From assembly GCA_963555985.3 (NCBI GenBank), contig OY820591.1, positions 64,001 to 128,000 of the forward strand: 64,000 nt of DNA, read 5' to 3'. This document shows, one piece after another, positions 46,774 through 56,504 of the stretch. This stretch comes from Dehalococcoidia bacterium. Its GTDB lineage: Bacteria; Chloroflexota; Dehalococcoidia; Bin125. The translations under genes were made by a program, and so were the position numbers. The first letter of the stretch is position 1. Each line of letters opens with the position of its first letter. The notes below the pieces were generated by a model. It ran no database searches and was not told the origin of the DNA. It saw only the letters and a list, made by a program, of their open reading frames with translations.

Positions 46774-48095
46774 GTCGCGCGGCGGCGGTTGAGGTTCCAG
46801 AGGAAGGCCCAGAGCAGGAGGGCGGCGACGGTGACGGCGGCGAGCGCGATCTGGACGGGGGTTTCCCAGCTCGGGTCGGCGCTGAATTCGCCTGCCGCCT
46901 GGGGCCGGGCGGGGATGGGCCAGTCGTCGGCGTGGCGATCGGCGCTGCGGTGGACGGTGCGCTGGTCGTGGTCGGGGATCTGGATGCGGCGGACGCGCTC
47001 TCCGTCCTGTCCGGCTGTGGAGACGACGATCACGCGAACGGGTTGGGGATCGTCCGGTTGGTCGTCGCTGAGGGCGGCGGGTTCGCTCTGCTGCTCGGGC
47101 TCGGCGACGGGTTGGCTCTGCGCTTCGGCTTCGGGTTGGGCGTCGGCGTCAGTGGAGGCGGTGTCTGCGCCGGCGTCGTCTGCCACGTCTACAGCGTCCG
47201 CTGCCGGCTCAGCTTGGGCCGTCTGGTTGGTGTTGGGCGCGTCGTGCTCGGGGGTGGCGGACTGGGACTGGGACTGCCCGGTGTTGATGCCGGCGGTGAC
47301 GGCGCCGCGAGCGGGATCGCGGGCGGCCTCCTGTTGCTCGGCGGTGATGGCAGGAGGCGTGTCTTCGGCGGCGGTCTGTTCGGCTTGGGCGAGCGGCTGC
47401 GCTTGCTCTGTTTCGGCTTGCGCTTCTTCGGCTGCCGCCGGCGCAGCGGTTGGTTCAGGTGCTTGGGATTGCACCGCTGCGGTCGCCGACTGTTGGGCCG
47501 GTTCGCTTGAGGCGGCGGCGACAGTCGCGGTTTGTTCGGCCGGTTCGGTTTCGATTGGAGCGGCGGGCGGATCGGCGGCCTGGGCTGCGGACTGTTGGGC
47601 GGTCTGCGCGTCGGCGGTTGCAGCGGTCGTGACTGCGGCGGCGGTTGGTTCCGGAGTCGCGGCGAGCGGTGCGGAGCCGTCGGGATCGTCGAGCATGTCG
47701 AAGCCGCTGACGGTGGCGAGCGCGACCAGGGAGGCGACGGCGCCGGCGGTGGCGAGCCGCAGGGGGATGGCGCGGACGGCGGTCGCGCGTTCGTTGAGGG
47801 GTTGGGCATGGGCGGCGCGGGCGGCGGCGAACTGGGTTTCACTGAGCTCGAAGCTGCGGGGCAGTTCGGCCGTGGAGAGCAAGGCGAGGGTTTGCTGGAC
47901 GTGTTCGATCTCGGCGAGCCACTGGCGCCGCTCCGGAGAGTCGTCGAGGCGGGCCTGGGCGCGTTCGCGTTGGGCGGAGGTGAGTTCGTCGTCGGCGTAT
48001 GCGGAGAGTTCGGCGCGCCAGGCGCGGGTCCAGGGTAGGCGCGGCCGGAGCCGGAGTCTGAGCCCAGATCGGCGGGGTGGATTCGGACCTCTCAC
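46770..48095 (-). CDS. Putative anti-sigma factor with long Ala/Gln/Pro-rich linker
   Basis: ELSAYADDELT..RAQARL zf-HC2-like start lacking His/Cys, PRSF motif, two hydrophobic helices; downstream of the ECF sigma; start uncertain. Confidence 0.7.
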   Translation of the reverse strand: MRGPNPPRRSGLRLRLRPRLPWTRAWRAELSAYADDELTSAQRERAQARLDDSPERRQWLAEIEHVQQTLALLSTAELPRSFELSETQFAAARAAHAQPLNERATAVRAIPLRLATAGAVASLVALATVSGFDMLDDPDGSAPLAATPEPTAAAVTTAATADAQTAQQSAAQAADPPAAPIETEPAEQTATVAAASSEPAQQSATAAVQSQAPEPTAAPAAAEEAQAETEQAQPLAQAEQTAAEDTPPAITAEQQEAARDPARGAVTAGINTGQSQSQSATPEHDAPNTNQTAQAEPAADAVDVADDAGADTASTDADAQPEAEAQSQPVAEPEQQSEPAALSDDQPDDPQPVRVIVVSTAGQDGERVRRIQIPDHDQRTVHRSADRHADDWPIPARPQAAGEFSADPSWETPVQIALAAVTVAALLLWAFLWNLNRRRAT

Positions 48096-48133
48096 GGTTG
48101 CTGCTCCTGTACAGCTAGACGCTGAAGCATTGG

Positions 48134-48718
48134 TCAGAGTTCCCCTCGCTCGGGCAGCAGCTCGCGCATTTTGGCGCGGGCGCGGGCGATGCGCGACTTC
48201 ACCGTACCAACTGAGACATTGGTGGCGCTGGCGATTTCCTGGTAAGAGAAGCCGTCGATGTCGCGCAGGGTCAGGGCTTGGCGCTGATCGTCGGGCAATT
48301 GGGCGAGAGCGGCGACGATTACGCGACGTAACTCGCTATCGAGCGCGCGGCGTTCGGGGGAGCGCTCTCGGCTCGGCAGGGCGTAGGCGTCGCCAAAGGT
48401 CTCCATTTGCTGGTCGATGGAGTCGGTCGGTCGGCGTTTGCGGCGTCGCAGTTCGTCGCGGCAGCGGTTGCCGGCGATGGTCAGCAGCCAACCGGCGAAA
48501 TTTCCACCGCGATAACGATCGAGCGAGCCGAGGGCGCGAATGAAGGTGTCCTGGGTGATGTCTTCGGCGGTGTCCGGTCCGACCATGCCGGCGCAGAGTG
48601 CGAAGACGCGGCGCTGGTAGCGGCGGACGAGGGTGTTGAAGGAGGCGCGGTCGCCGGCGCGCGCGGCGGCGGCGAGATCGTCGTCGCTGGGAGGCGGTTG
48701 GTCGGCTGCGCTGCTCAC
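48134..48718 (-). CDS. ECF sigma-70 factor
   Basis: AEDITQDTFIRA, WLLTIAGNRCRDELRR, FSYQEIA..GTVKSRIARAR motifs. Confidence 0.95.
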   Translation of the reverse strand: MSSAADQPPPSDDDLAAAARAGDRASFNTLVRRYQRRVFALCAGMVGPDTAEDITQDTFIRALGSLDRYRGGNFAGWLLTIAGNRCRDELRRRKRRPTDSIDQQMETFGDAYALPSRERSPERRALDSELRRVIVAALAQLPDDQRQALTLRDIDGFSYQEIASATNVSVGTVKSRIARARAKMRELLPERGEL

Positions 48719-48873
48719 CCTGTCCTCCGCCGCCCCGCGCCGCGCAGTCGCCCCCTGTTCACGCCAGGGGCAGGCAGTGGAGCGGAGCAGCGGCCAACGT
48801 GAATACGGGGGAATTTTATCAGGGGGCGGGGGTGTTGTGCGAGACTGGATGGAGGCTGGATTCCGGTCTCGGA

Positions 48874-48918
48874 CCTCCCTCTGTCCCTGCGGGACATCTC
48901 CCCCCGCAAGGGGGGAGA
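48874..48918. repeat. Family C double hairpin (reverse orientation)
   Basis: CCTCTGTCCCTGCGGGACATCTCCCCCCGCAAGGGGGGAGA. Confidence 0.8.
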
Positions 48919-48932
48919 GATTTGGAGTTGTG

Positions 48933-49769
48933 ATGGTGTTGGTTGATCCTCGTCCGGTGGTTGCTGCGGCCTATGAGTCGGGGCGGGCGGTGGTGGCGGG
49001 GAATGTGTCGACAGTGGAGATGGTTCGGGGGTTGGTTGGAGCGGCTGAGGATGCGGAGCGGCCGATCTTGATTCAGTTCAACCGGGCGGGCTTGGGGCAG
49101 ATTGGGGGACTGGAGCTCGCGGCGGCGGCGGTGCGGGCGGCGGCGGGAGAGTCGGTTGCGGAGGTTGGTTTGCACCTGGATCACGCGGATTCATTGCAGG
49201 AGTTGTCGGACGCGATCAATGCGGGCTTCGGCTCGGTGATGATCGACGGCTCGACCTTGCCGTATGCGCGTCATGTGCAGCTGGCGCAGTCGGCGCGGGG
49301 GCTGGCGGCGTGGAGCGGTCTGCCGCTGGAGGCAGAGTTGGGGCACGTGGCGGGGACGGAGGAGGGAGTGACGATCGGGGCGGCGTCGTGGACGGATCCG
49401 GACGAGGCGGCGGCGTTCGTGTCGGCGACGGAGGTGGACTGGCTGGCGGTGGCGGTGGGGAACGTGCACGGGGGCGCGCCGATCGGTGGTCTGCACGTGG
49501 AGCGCTTACAGGCGATCCGGGAACGGGTGGCGGTGCCGCTGGTGCTGCACGGCGCGAGCGGTCTGGGGGAGGCGGAACTGAAGCTGGCGGCGGAGTTGGG
49601 GGTGGCGAAGATCAATGTGGGCACGGCGCTGCATGAGGCGATGGCGGAAGGGATGGGTTCGAGTCTGCGTGAGCGTCCGGGCGATTTGCGGCGGGCGTTG
49701 CGGAGCGGAGAGGCGGCGGTGCGAGAGGTTGGCCGGGGGTTGTTGTTGTCGAGTTGGGCGGTGGGGTGA
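48933..49769 (+). CDS. Class II fructose/tagatose-bisphosphate aldolase
   Basis: LHLDH, GFGSVMIDGS, EAELGHV, AVAVGNVHG, PLVLHGASG, KINVGT motifs. Confidence 0.92.
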   Translation: MVLVDPRPVVAAAYESGRAVVAGNVSTVEMVRGLVGAAEDAERPILIQFNRAGLGQIGGLELAAAAVRAAAGESVAEVGLHLDHADSLQELSDAINAGFGSVMIDGSTLPYARHVQLAQSARGLAAWSGLPLEAELGHVAGTEEGVTIGAASWTDPDEAAAFVSATEVDWLAVAVGNVHGGAPIGGLHVERLQAIRERVAVPLVLHGASGLGEAELKLAAELGVAKINVGTALHEAMAEGMGSSLRERPGDLRRALRSGEAAVREVGRGLLLSSWAVG

Positions 49770-50142
49770 GAGACGGATGTAAAGCTTGTACTTGATATAG
49801 AACGAAGGTGATTCTCGGTTGTAGTGTTCGCTGCACAGATGTTAGACTGGTCTACGTACACCGATGGCGTTTGCTCCCTGCGTGGATGGTGTACAAAGTC
49901 GAGGGAGTTCCACTCTTCCCCGCTTCCGGCGCTCACGACGGCGCTGGACTGGCGGGGAATATTCGAAGCCTCAGCTTGCGGCGATCTGAAGCTTGAACAC
50001 GGTCTGTTCCTGATAGGAGTGCAAATGGTTCGGCGGCTTGTCTCTGCGGAAGCTCGCGTGCTAAGGTAAGGAGCACTCCTCCCCGCCCTTCGGCGTCCAC
50101 CGAGGCGTCGACCTGGCGGGGGTTGTTTGCGTCCAGCCAAGT

Positions 50143-50763
50143 ATGCCTCAGCGCGTCGCCCTGTTCATTGATTGGCAGAATGCCCTGATCGGGGCTCGAA
50201 ACCTCTATCACTCCAGAAGAGGCTCGCGGCTTCCAACCGATGGCCAGTTCGATCCGGTGCAGCTGGGCGAACTGATCTGTCAGCGAGCCGGAGGAGGTGA
50301 GGACCGTCAGCTCAGTCAGGTGCGGGTCTACTGCGGGTTGGCGGATCGTCGTCTTGATCCCAAAACGCATCAGGCACGGTCACGTCAGGCGGCCGCGTGG
50401 CGAATGGCTGGCGCGACGACTGTCATGCGTCCACTGCAGTACCTGCGGGATCGTGAAACCGGCTTTCGGCGGGCACGCGAAAAGGGTATCGACGTCGCAA
50501 TCGCTGTCGACTTCGTCACGATGGCTGTACGAGGAATTTACGATGTCGGAGTCCTCTTCTCCGCTGATACAGATTTGCGTCCGGCGCTTGAGTACGTCGC
50601 ATATTTTCACCCCGAAGTCCGGGTGGAGACGGTGGCTTGGCGCGCGGACGGACGCAGCCGTCCACTCACATTTGACTCGCCGTACTCCACCTGGTGTCAC
50701 CAACTCGATGAAGTGGACTACGACCGGGTGCGCGATCTGACCGACTACCGCCCGGCTCGCTGA
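50143..50763 (+). CDS. NYN (LabA/DUF88, PIN-like) domain protein 2
   Basis: LFIDWQN, REKGIDVAIAVDFV, LFSADTDLRPALE; paralog of 39352-40005. Confidence 0.9.
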   Translation: MPQRVALFIDWQNALIGARNLYHSRRGSRLPTDGQFDPVQLGELICQRAGGGEDRQLSQVRVYCGLADRRLDPKTHQARSRQAAAWRMAGATTVMRPLQYLRDRETGFRRAREKGIDVAIAVDFVTMAVRGIYDVGVLFSADTDLRPALEYVAYFHPEVRVETVAWRADGRSRPLTFDSPYSTWCHQLDEVDYDRVRDLTDYRPAR

Positions 50764-50801
50764 GGCTTCGCTAGCCTGAGGGGGTTGAGAGGGGGTGTCG
50801 C

Positions 50802-53174
50802 ATGTTGCGGGACTACCGGATTCTTGATCTGGCGGATGAGCGGGGGTTGATTGGGGGGATGATTCTGGCTGATTTGGGGGCGGATGTGATTGCGGTGGAG
50901 CCTCCGGGCGGGAATGCGGCGCGGCAGCGGGGGCCGTTTGCGAATGGGGCGGGAGTTGAGGATTCTCTGATCTGGCAGGCGTGGGCTCGAGGGAAGCGGT
51001 CGGTGGTCTTGGATCTGGACACGGAGGAGGGACGGGCGGCGTTTCGGGAGTTGACTCGGGGGGCGGACGCGATCATCGAGTCGGACGAGGTTGGGGCGAT
51101 GGCGGCGCGGGGGCTGGGATACGAGGAGCTAGCGGCGGAGAATCCAGGCCTGGTCTACGCGGCGATTACGCCGTTTGGGTCGAGCGGTCCCAAGGCGGGT
51201 TGGGCGGCGACAGATATCACGGTGGCGGCTGCGGCGGGGCCGATGGCGCAGAGCGGAGACCGTGATCGTGCGCCGTTGCGGGTCGACTTGCCGCAGACGG
51301 GGTTGCACGCCGGAGCGGAGGCGGCGATCGGGGTGCTGATGGCGCTGCACGAGCGGCGGCGGTCAGGACGGGGACAGTTTGTGGATGTGTCGGCGCAGGC
51401 GGCGTATGCGCAGGCGACCCAATCGGGGATTCTGGCCGCGCCCAATCATGCAACGCTGTTTGGGCGATCGGCGATCGGCGCTGCGATGGGTCCGCTGGAG
51501 ATTCGGTTGTTCTGGCCGTGCAAGGACGGGCATGTTGCTATTACATACTTGTTTGGCGCTGCAATTGGTCCGTTTTCGGCTCGCTTAATGCAGTATGCGT
51601 ATGAAGAAGGCTTCTGCGATGAAGCAACGCGAGACAAGGATTGGTTAAACTATACGAACTTGCTACTGACCGGGCAGGAGCCGATTACCGAATACCTTCG
51701 CTGTTGCGAAGTGGTGGGAGCGTTGTGCGCGGAGAAGACGAAGGCGGAACTGTTTGCCGTCGCGCAGGAGCGGCGTTTGCTGCTGGTGCCGGTTTCGACC
51801 GTGGACGATCTGGATCAGAACGCGCACCTGGCGGCGCGCGAGTACTGGCGCGAGTTGGAGCTGAACGGTCAGACGGCGCGCTTTCCGGGGCCGTTCGCGC
51901 GGCTTTCGGGGACGCCGATCCAATACGAGCGCCCCGCGCCGAAGCTGGGCGAGCACACGGACGAGGTGCTGGGCGAATCGCGTTCGGCGGCGAGCCTGCA
52001 CGGCGCGGACTCGGACAACACCGATCCGCCGCTCTCCGACCTGAAGATGCTCGACCTGATGTGGGTGATGGCGGGTCCGGCCGGTACCCGCGCGCTGGCC
52101 GATTTCGGCATCGACACGGTGCGGGTGGAGTCGAGCGTGCGGATCGATACGGCGCGCACGCTGCAACCGTTCATCGACGACGATCCGACCCAGCCGGAGG
52201 GGTCGGCGATGTTCCACAACATGAACGCGAACAAGCGGATGACGACGGTCGATCCGGCCAATCCGGCCGGGCGCGAGCTGCTGCTCGACCTGGTGCGCTG
52301 GGCTGATGTGGTGACGGAGTCGTTCACGCCGCGCGCGATGCGGGGCTGGGATCTGACCTGGGAGACGATCCACGAGGTCAACCCGCGCGTGATCATGATG
52401 TCGTCCTGCCTGATGGGTCAGAACGGGCCGCTGGCGGAGTTTGCGGGGTTCGGCAACCTGGCGGCGGCGTTTGCCGGATTCACGCCGCTGTGCGGCTGGC
52501 CGGATCGGTCCCCGGCAGGTCCATTCGGGGCCTACACGGACTACGTGGCGCCGCGCTTCGCCTCGGCGGCGCTGCTGGCGGCGTTGGAGGAGCGGGAGCG
52601 AACGGGTCAGGGACAGTACATCGACGTCTCGCAGATGGAGGCGGCGATTCACTTCCTCACACCGGCTCTGCTGGACTACCACCTGAACGGGACGATCTGG
52701 TCGCCGAGCGGCAACGACGATCCACACATGTCGCCGCATGGGGTGTATCCGTCGGCAGGAGCCGACCAGTGGGTCGCGATCGCGTGCCGCGATGACGCCG
52801 AGCGAGCGCAACTCGCTTCGCTGACAGGCGAACTGACAAGCGAGGCGATCAGCGCCTGGACGCAAGCGCGTTCGCCGGAAGAGGCGACGGATGCGTTGCA
52901 GGCCCTGGGCGTGCCGGCGCACGGCGTCCAGACGAGCGCGCACCTGGCGATGGATCCGCAGTTGGCGCATCGCGGGCACCTGGTCGAGATGCGCCACCCG
53001 ACCCAGAATCACTCGGTGGTCGAAGGGGCGCGGATCGTGATGTCGCGGACACCCGCGCGAGCGCCGACGGTCGCGCCGACGATGGGCGCGGACAGCGACA
53101 CGGTGCTGCGGGAGTTGCTGGGTTACAGCGATGAGCAGGTCGTGGAGCTGGTGGCGTCGGGGGCGTTGCAATAG
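50802..53174 (+). CDS. Family III CoA-transferase (CaiB/BaiF), two-domain fusion
   Basis: Two repeats: LADLGADVIAVEPP..GKRSV..APKLGEHT and MAGP..LADFG..NKR..APTMG. Confidence 0.93.
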   Translation: MLRDYRILDLADERGLIGGMILADLGADVIAVEPPGGNAARQRGPFANGAGVEDSLIWQAWARGKRSVVLDLDTEEGRAAFRELTRGADAIIESDEVGAMAARGLGYEELAAENPGLVYAAITPFGSSGPKAGWAATDITVAAAAGPMAQSGDRDRAPLRVDLPQTGLHAGAEAAIGVLMALHERRRSGRGQFVDVSAQAAYAQATQSGILAAPNHATLFGRSAIGAAMGPLEIRLFWPCKDGHVAITYLFGAAIGPFSARLMQYAYEEGFCDEATRDKDWLNYTNLLLTGQEPITEYLRCCEVVGALCAEKTKAELFAVAQERRLLLVPVSTVDDLDQNAHLAAREYWRELELNGQTARFPGPFARLSGTPIQYERPAPKLGEHTDEVLGESRSAASLHGADSDNTDPPLSDLKMLDLMWVMAGPAGTRALADFGIDTVRVESSVRIDTARTLQPFIDDDPTQPEGSAMFHNMNANKRMTTVDPANPAGRELLLDLVRWADVVTESFTPRAMRGWDLTWETIHEVNPRVIMMSSCLMGQNGPLAEFAGFGNLAAAFAGFTPLCGWPDRSPAGPFGAYTDYVAPRFASAALLAALEERERTGQGQYIDVSQMEAAIHFLTPALLDYHLNGTIWSPSGNDDPHMSPHGVYPSAGADQWVAIACRDDAERAQLASLTGELTSEAISAWTQARSPEEATDALQALGVPAHGVQTSAHLAMDPQLAHRGHLVEMRHPTQNHSVVEGARIVMSRTPARAPTVAPTMGADSDTVLRELLGYSDEQVVELVASGALQ

Positions 53175-53195
53175 CGAAGAGGAAGAAGGACTGAG

Positions 53196-54080
53196 ATGGC
53201 AACGCATCACGACGAGCGAATGATTGAGGCGAATGGGATCGAGATCTGCGCCGACGCCTTTGGCGATCCGGCCGATCCGGCGATCCTGCTGTTCTCGGGC
53301 GGATCGGCGTCGATGCTGCTCTGGGAGGAAGCGTTCTGCGAGCTTCTGGCCGACGGCGGGCGCTTTGTCGTCCGTCACGACCAACGCGACACCGGCAAGA
53401 CCACGTCGTGTCCGCCAGGCGAACCGAACTACACACTCAACGATATGGCTGCGGACGGCGTGGCGGTGCTCGACGGCTATGGAATCGAGCGGGCGCATAT
53501 CGCGGGCATGTCGATGGGCGGCTTCATCACTCAATTGGCCGCGCTTGAGTATCCGGAGCGGGTGCTGACCCTGACGCAGGTCATGTCCACGTCTGACCTG
53601 CACGGGTTCCTGGCCCCGTTGCTGGGCAATCCCGAGGGGGCGAAGCTGCCGCCGCCTAGGCCTCAGGTGATGGAGGCGTTCGCCGCGGTCGGCGAGATCG
53701 ACGGGAATGACCGGGACGCCGTCCTGGCTGGCAGAGTCAGGTTGTTTCAGTCGCTACAGGGCTCGAAGTACCAGGGTCAGGGCCGCAGCGAGGAGCTGCT
53801 GCGCGCAGAAATCGACCGCGCGATCAGCTTCCAGAGCAACATGAACCACGTCGGCGCAGAGCTGCAGACCAAACCCTGGGTCCACCGGCTCGGCGAACTG
53901 GACCTGCCCACGCTGGTGATCCACGGCGACGAGGATCCGATCGTGCCAATCGAGCACGGCGAGGCGGTTCAGGCTGCCATCAACGGCTCGACGATGCTCA
54001 CCCTTGAGGGAGTTGGTCACGAGCTGCCCAGAGGCGTGTGGGACGTAGTCGTGCCCGCGATCCTGGAGCACACCAACTGA
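53196..54080 (+). CDS. Alpha/beta hydrolase (RdmC/methylesterase-like), paralog 1
   Basis: FGDPADP, DQRDTG, GMSMGG, VIHGDEDP, GVGHEL motifs. Confidence 0.9.
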   Translation: MATHHDERMIEANGIEICADAFGDPADPAILLFSGGSASMLLWEEAFCELLADGGRFVVRHDQRDTGKTTSCPPGEPNYTLNDMAADGVAVLDGYGIERAHIAGMSMGGFITQLAALEYPERVLTLTQVMSTSDLHGFLAPLLGNPEGAKLPPPRPQVMEAFAAVGEIDGNDRDAVLAGRVRLFQSLQGSKYQGQGRSEELLRAEIDRAISFQSNMNHVGAELQTKPWVHRLGELDLPTLVIHGDEDPIVPIEHGEAVQAAINGSTMLTLEGVGHELPRGVWDVVVPAILEHTN

Positions 54081-54187
54081 GGGCTCGCGTCTGCGGCCGG
54101 TCTGACGCTCTCACGGTTGCGCGAGCGCACTGTTAGCGTCATCAGCACAGCGACCGACTTCAGACGACTCTGGAGTGGAGACAGACC

Positions 54188-55084
54188 ATGGCGACCCATC
54201 ACAGCGAGCGAATGATCGAAGGCAACGGGATCGAGATCTGCACCGACTCCTTCGGCGACCCTAACGATCCCTGCATCCTGCTGGTCATGGGCGCCGGAGC
54301 GTCGATGCTGCGCTGGGACAACGACCTCTGCAGCCAACTGGCCGACGGCGGCCGCTTCGTGATCCGCTACGACAACCGCGACACCGGACGCACGACCTGT
54401 TACCCGCCGGGTGAGCCCAACTACACGCTTACCGACATGGCCGCCGACGGGGTTGCGGTGCTGGATGCTTACGGGGTCGAGCGTGCGCACATCGCGGGCG
54501 CGTCGATGGGCGGCATGATCACGCAGATGATCGGTCTCAACCACCCCGAGCGGGTGCTGACCTTGACGCCGATCATGTCGACTCCGGATCCCGGCGCGAC
54601 GCTGGAAGCGTCGGACGCCTTCGAGAGCGGAGGGCACGGGGAAGCGCTGTCGCCGCCGAGGCCTGAGATCCTGGAGGCGATCGGCGCGATGGCGGGCCTC
54701 GACTGGAGCGACCGTGAGGCTGTGATCGCGGTTCAGGTGCAGATGGTGCGCGCGCTGGCCGGGTCGGGCTACCCGGATGACGGCTCACTCGACGAGGAGT
54801 TCTTTGGGGCCGACTTCGACCGCTCGATCAGCTACGTCAGCAGCTTCAATCATGGGCCGGCGATCGCGCAGTCGGAGCCGTGGGCGCAGCGGCTGAGCGA
54901 ACTGGACGTGCCGACGCTCGTGATCCACGGCGACGACGATCCGATCCTGCCCTACGATCACGGCCAGGCTCTACACGCTGCGATCCCGGGTTCGACGATG
55001 CTCACTCTCGAGGGGGTCGGGCACGAACTGCCGCGCGGCGTCTGGGATGTGGTGATTCCGGCGATCCTGGAGCACACGAGCTGA
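54188..55084 (+). CDS. Alpha/beta hydrolase (RdmC/methylesterase-like), paralog 2
   Basis: YDNRDTG, GASMGG, VIHGDDDP, GVGHEL; tandem paralog. Confidence 0.9.
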   Translation: MATHHSERMIEGNGIEICTDSFGDPNDPCILLVMGAGASMLRWDNDLCSQLADGGRFVIRYDNRDTGRTTCYPPGEPNYTLTDMAADGVAVLDAYGVERAHIAGASMGGMITQMIGLNHPERVLTLTPIMSTPDPGATLEASDAFESGGHGEALSPPRPEILEAIGAMAGLDWSDREAVIAVQVQMVRALAGSGYPDDGSLDEEFFGADFDRSISYVSSFNHGPAIAQSEPWAQRLSELDVPTLVIHGDDDPILPYDHGQALHAAIPGSTMLTLEGVGHELPRGVWDVVIPAILEHTS

Positions 55085-55144
55085 GTCGCAAGACGACCAA
55101 CACGCCGCTACGCTGAATCGCAGCAAGCGAAGGAGCGGGGTCTG

Positions 55145-55453
55145 ATGTCCGAGACCGTCAGTGTTGAGTCGGTCGAGTCACTGAGGAATCCCTATTGGGT
55201 GATGGACTCGCAATCGCCGGATTGGGTCTGGTATCCGGAAGTGTTGGCTCAATTTCCGCCGATCGAGGAGTGGACGGACGAGGTTCGGGAAGACGCGGAG
55301 CACATGCAAATGTCCGAATGGCGCCGGCGTCATCCGCAGCCGGGGTCATCGGTTCCTTGGGAGGAACTCAAGCGGCGGTGGGCGGAGCGTCTGGCACAAA
55401 TCGACGATCCAGAAGCGGCAGAGTTGCTACGAGAGCTCGAATCAGAGCGTTAG
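55145..55453 (+). CDS. Acidic hypothetical protein, putative antitoxin
   Basis: Upstream of RelE; SVPWEELKRR motif typical of addiction-module antitoxins. Confidence 0.6.
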   Translation: MSETVSVESVESLRNPYWVMDSQSPDWVWYPEVLAQFPPIEEWTDEVREDAEHMQMSEWRRRHPQPGSSVPWEELKRRWAERLAQIDDPEAAELLRELESER

Positions 55454-55494
55454 CCGTCGCCGGTTCAGAGAAGAACCAGGAGTGAGTCTGCACG

Positions 55495-55767
55495 ATGTCG
55501 GCGGGCTACCTGGTTGACATTCCAGATCATGTCCGCGAGACGATCGATGATCTGCCGGATCGGGATTTTATGGTGGTCTTTCGGCGATTGCACCGCTTAC
55601 AACTCGATCCATGGGCGGGAGATGTGCGCCGTCTGCAGGTGAGGGGTGAAGTCGAGTTCCGCGTGCGTGCGGGTGACTACCGCATTGTCTACACGGTTGA
55701 CGAGGAGCGGAGGATTGTGCAGGTCAAGCAGGTCGGGCTGCGCAGGGATGTCTATCGCCGGCGGTAG
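55495..55767 (+). CDS. RelE/ParE-family toxin
   Basis: LQLDPW..VRRL..FRVRAGDYRIVYTVDE..VGLRRDVY pattern. Confidence 0.9.
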   Translation: MSAGYLVDIPDHVRETIDDLPDRDFMVVFRRLHRLQLDPWAGDVRRLQVRGEVEFRVRAGDYRIVYTVDEERRIVQVKQVGLRRDVYRRR

Positions 55768-56333
55768 ACCGTCATGGCGACGCCGTTTGGGGTGGAGCCG
55801 GTTCGGACCAAGCTGAGCTCGGCGGGACTGACGCTGCGCTCGAATAGATGCTTGCCGCCTCCGACGACGACGGGGAACGTCCAGAGTCGGTATTCGTCGA
55901 TCAGATGGTGGCGGTGCAGGGTTTGGTTTAATCGCCAACTGCCGTGTACCTGGAGCAGCGGGCCGTTCTCGCGCTTGAGCCGGCGGATGTCTTCGACGGT
56001 GTTGCCGTTGATGCGGATGCTGTTGCTCCAGGTCAGCGGGCGGCGCGAGTTGGAGACTACGTACTTGCGTGCCTGGTTGAGGCGGGCGGCGACTGGGTCG
56101 GAGTCGGGTTGGTCGGGCCAGTGGGCGGCGAAGATGTCGTAGGTCTTGCGGCCGAGGAGCAGGTCGTAGGGCTGGGACATGAACTCGGCGTAGACCCGGG
56201 GCATGGCTTGTTCCCAGAAGGGGGCGGCCCAACCGCCGCCGGTGAAGCCGTTGGAGGTGTCCTCTTCGGGGCTGGTTGGGCTTTGCACCACGCCGTCGAG
56301 GGTGATGAAGCTGAGGATGGCGAGTTCACGCAT
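55752..56333 (-). CDS. Dihydrofolate reductase-family (RibD C-terminal-like) protein
   Basis: FITLDGVVQSP, LLLGRKTY, VHGS, LIDEYRLWTFPVVVGGGK motifs. Confidence 0.92.
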   Translation of the reverse strand: MRELAILSFITLDGVVQSPTSPEEDTSNGFTGGGWAAPFWEQAMPRVYAEFMSQPYDLLLGRKTYDIFAAHWPDQPDSDPVAARLNQARKYVVSNSRRPLTWSNSIRINGNTVEDIRRLKRENGPLLQVHGSWRLNQTLHRHHLIDEYRLWTFPVVVGGGKHLFERSVSPAELSLVRTGSTPNGVAMTVYRRR

Positions 56334-56409
56334 GTCGAGGTCAGCCTACTCGGGTCATGGTGTTAGCGGCGGCGGGCAACGACAAATCGCAGATTGGCGA
56401 GGGCGGGCT

Positions 56410-56467
56410 GCTGGCGACGACGGTACTGATCACGGCGAGATACCCGCGGCAAGCGCGGGTATGACGG
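56410..56467. repeat. Family B palindrome (half doublet)
   Basis: CGAGATACCCGCGGCAAGCGCGGGTATGACG plus spacer ACGACGGTAC match the 23858 element in reverse. Confidence 0.8.
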
Positions 56468-56504
56468 TGTTGTGTGCGGTAACGACGGAGTTCTGTGGTC
56501 GCGG

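Noticed and set aside
45286-48543. 1085-aa + strand ORF and other long ORFs (2039-3949, 39908-41971, 51663-53603, 60369-62222)
   Set aside because: GC-rich antisense shadows of recognisable genes with no motifs of their own.
49808-50069. Small ORFs upstream of NYN 2 (and 39064-39342 upstream of NYN 1)
   Set aside because: No RBS, atypical composition and no similarity between the two loci.
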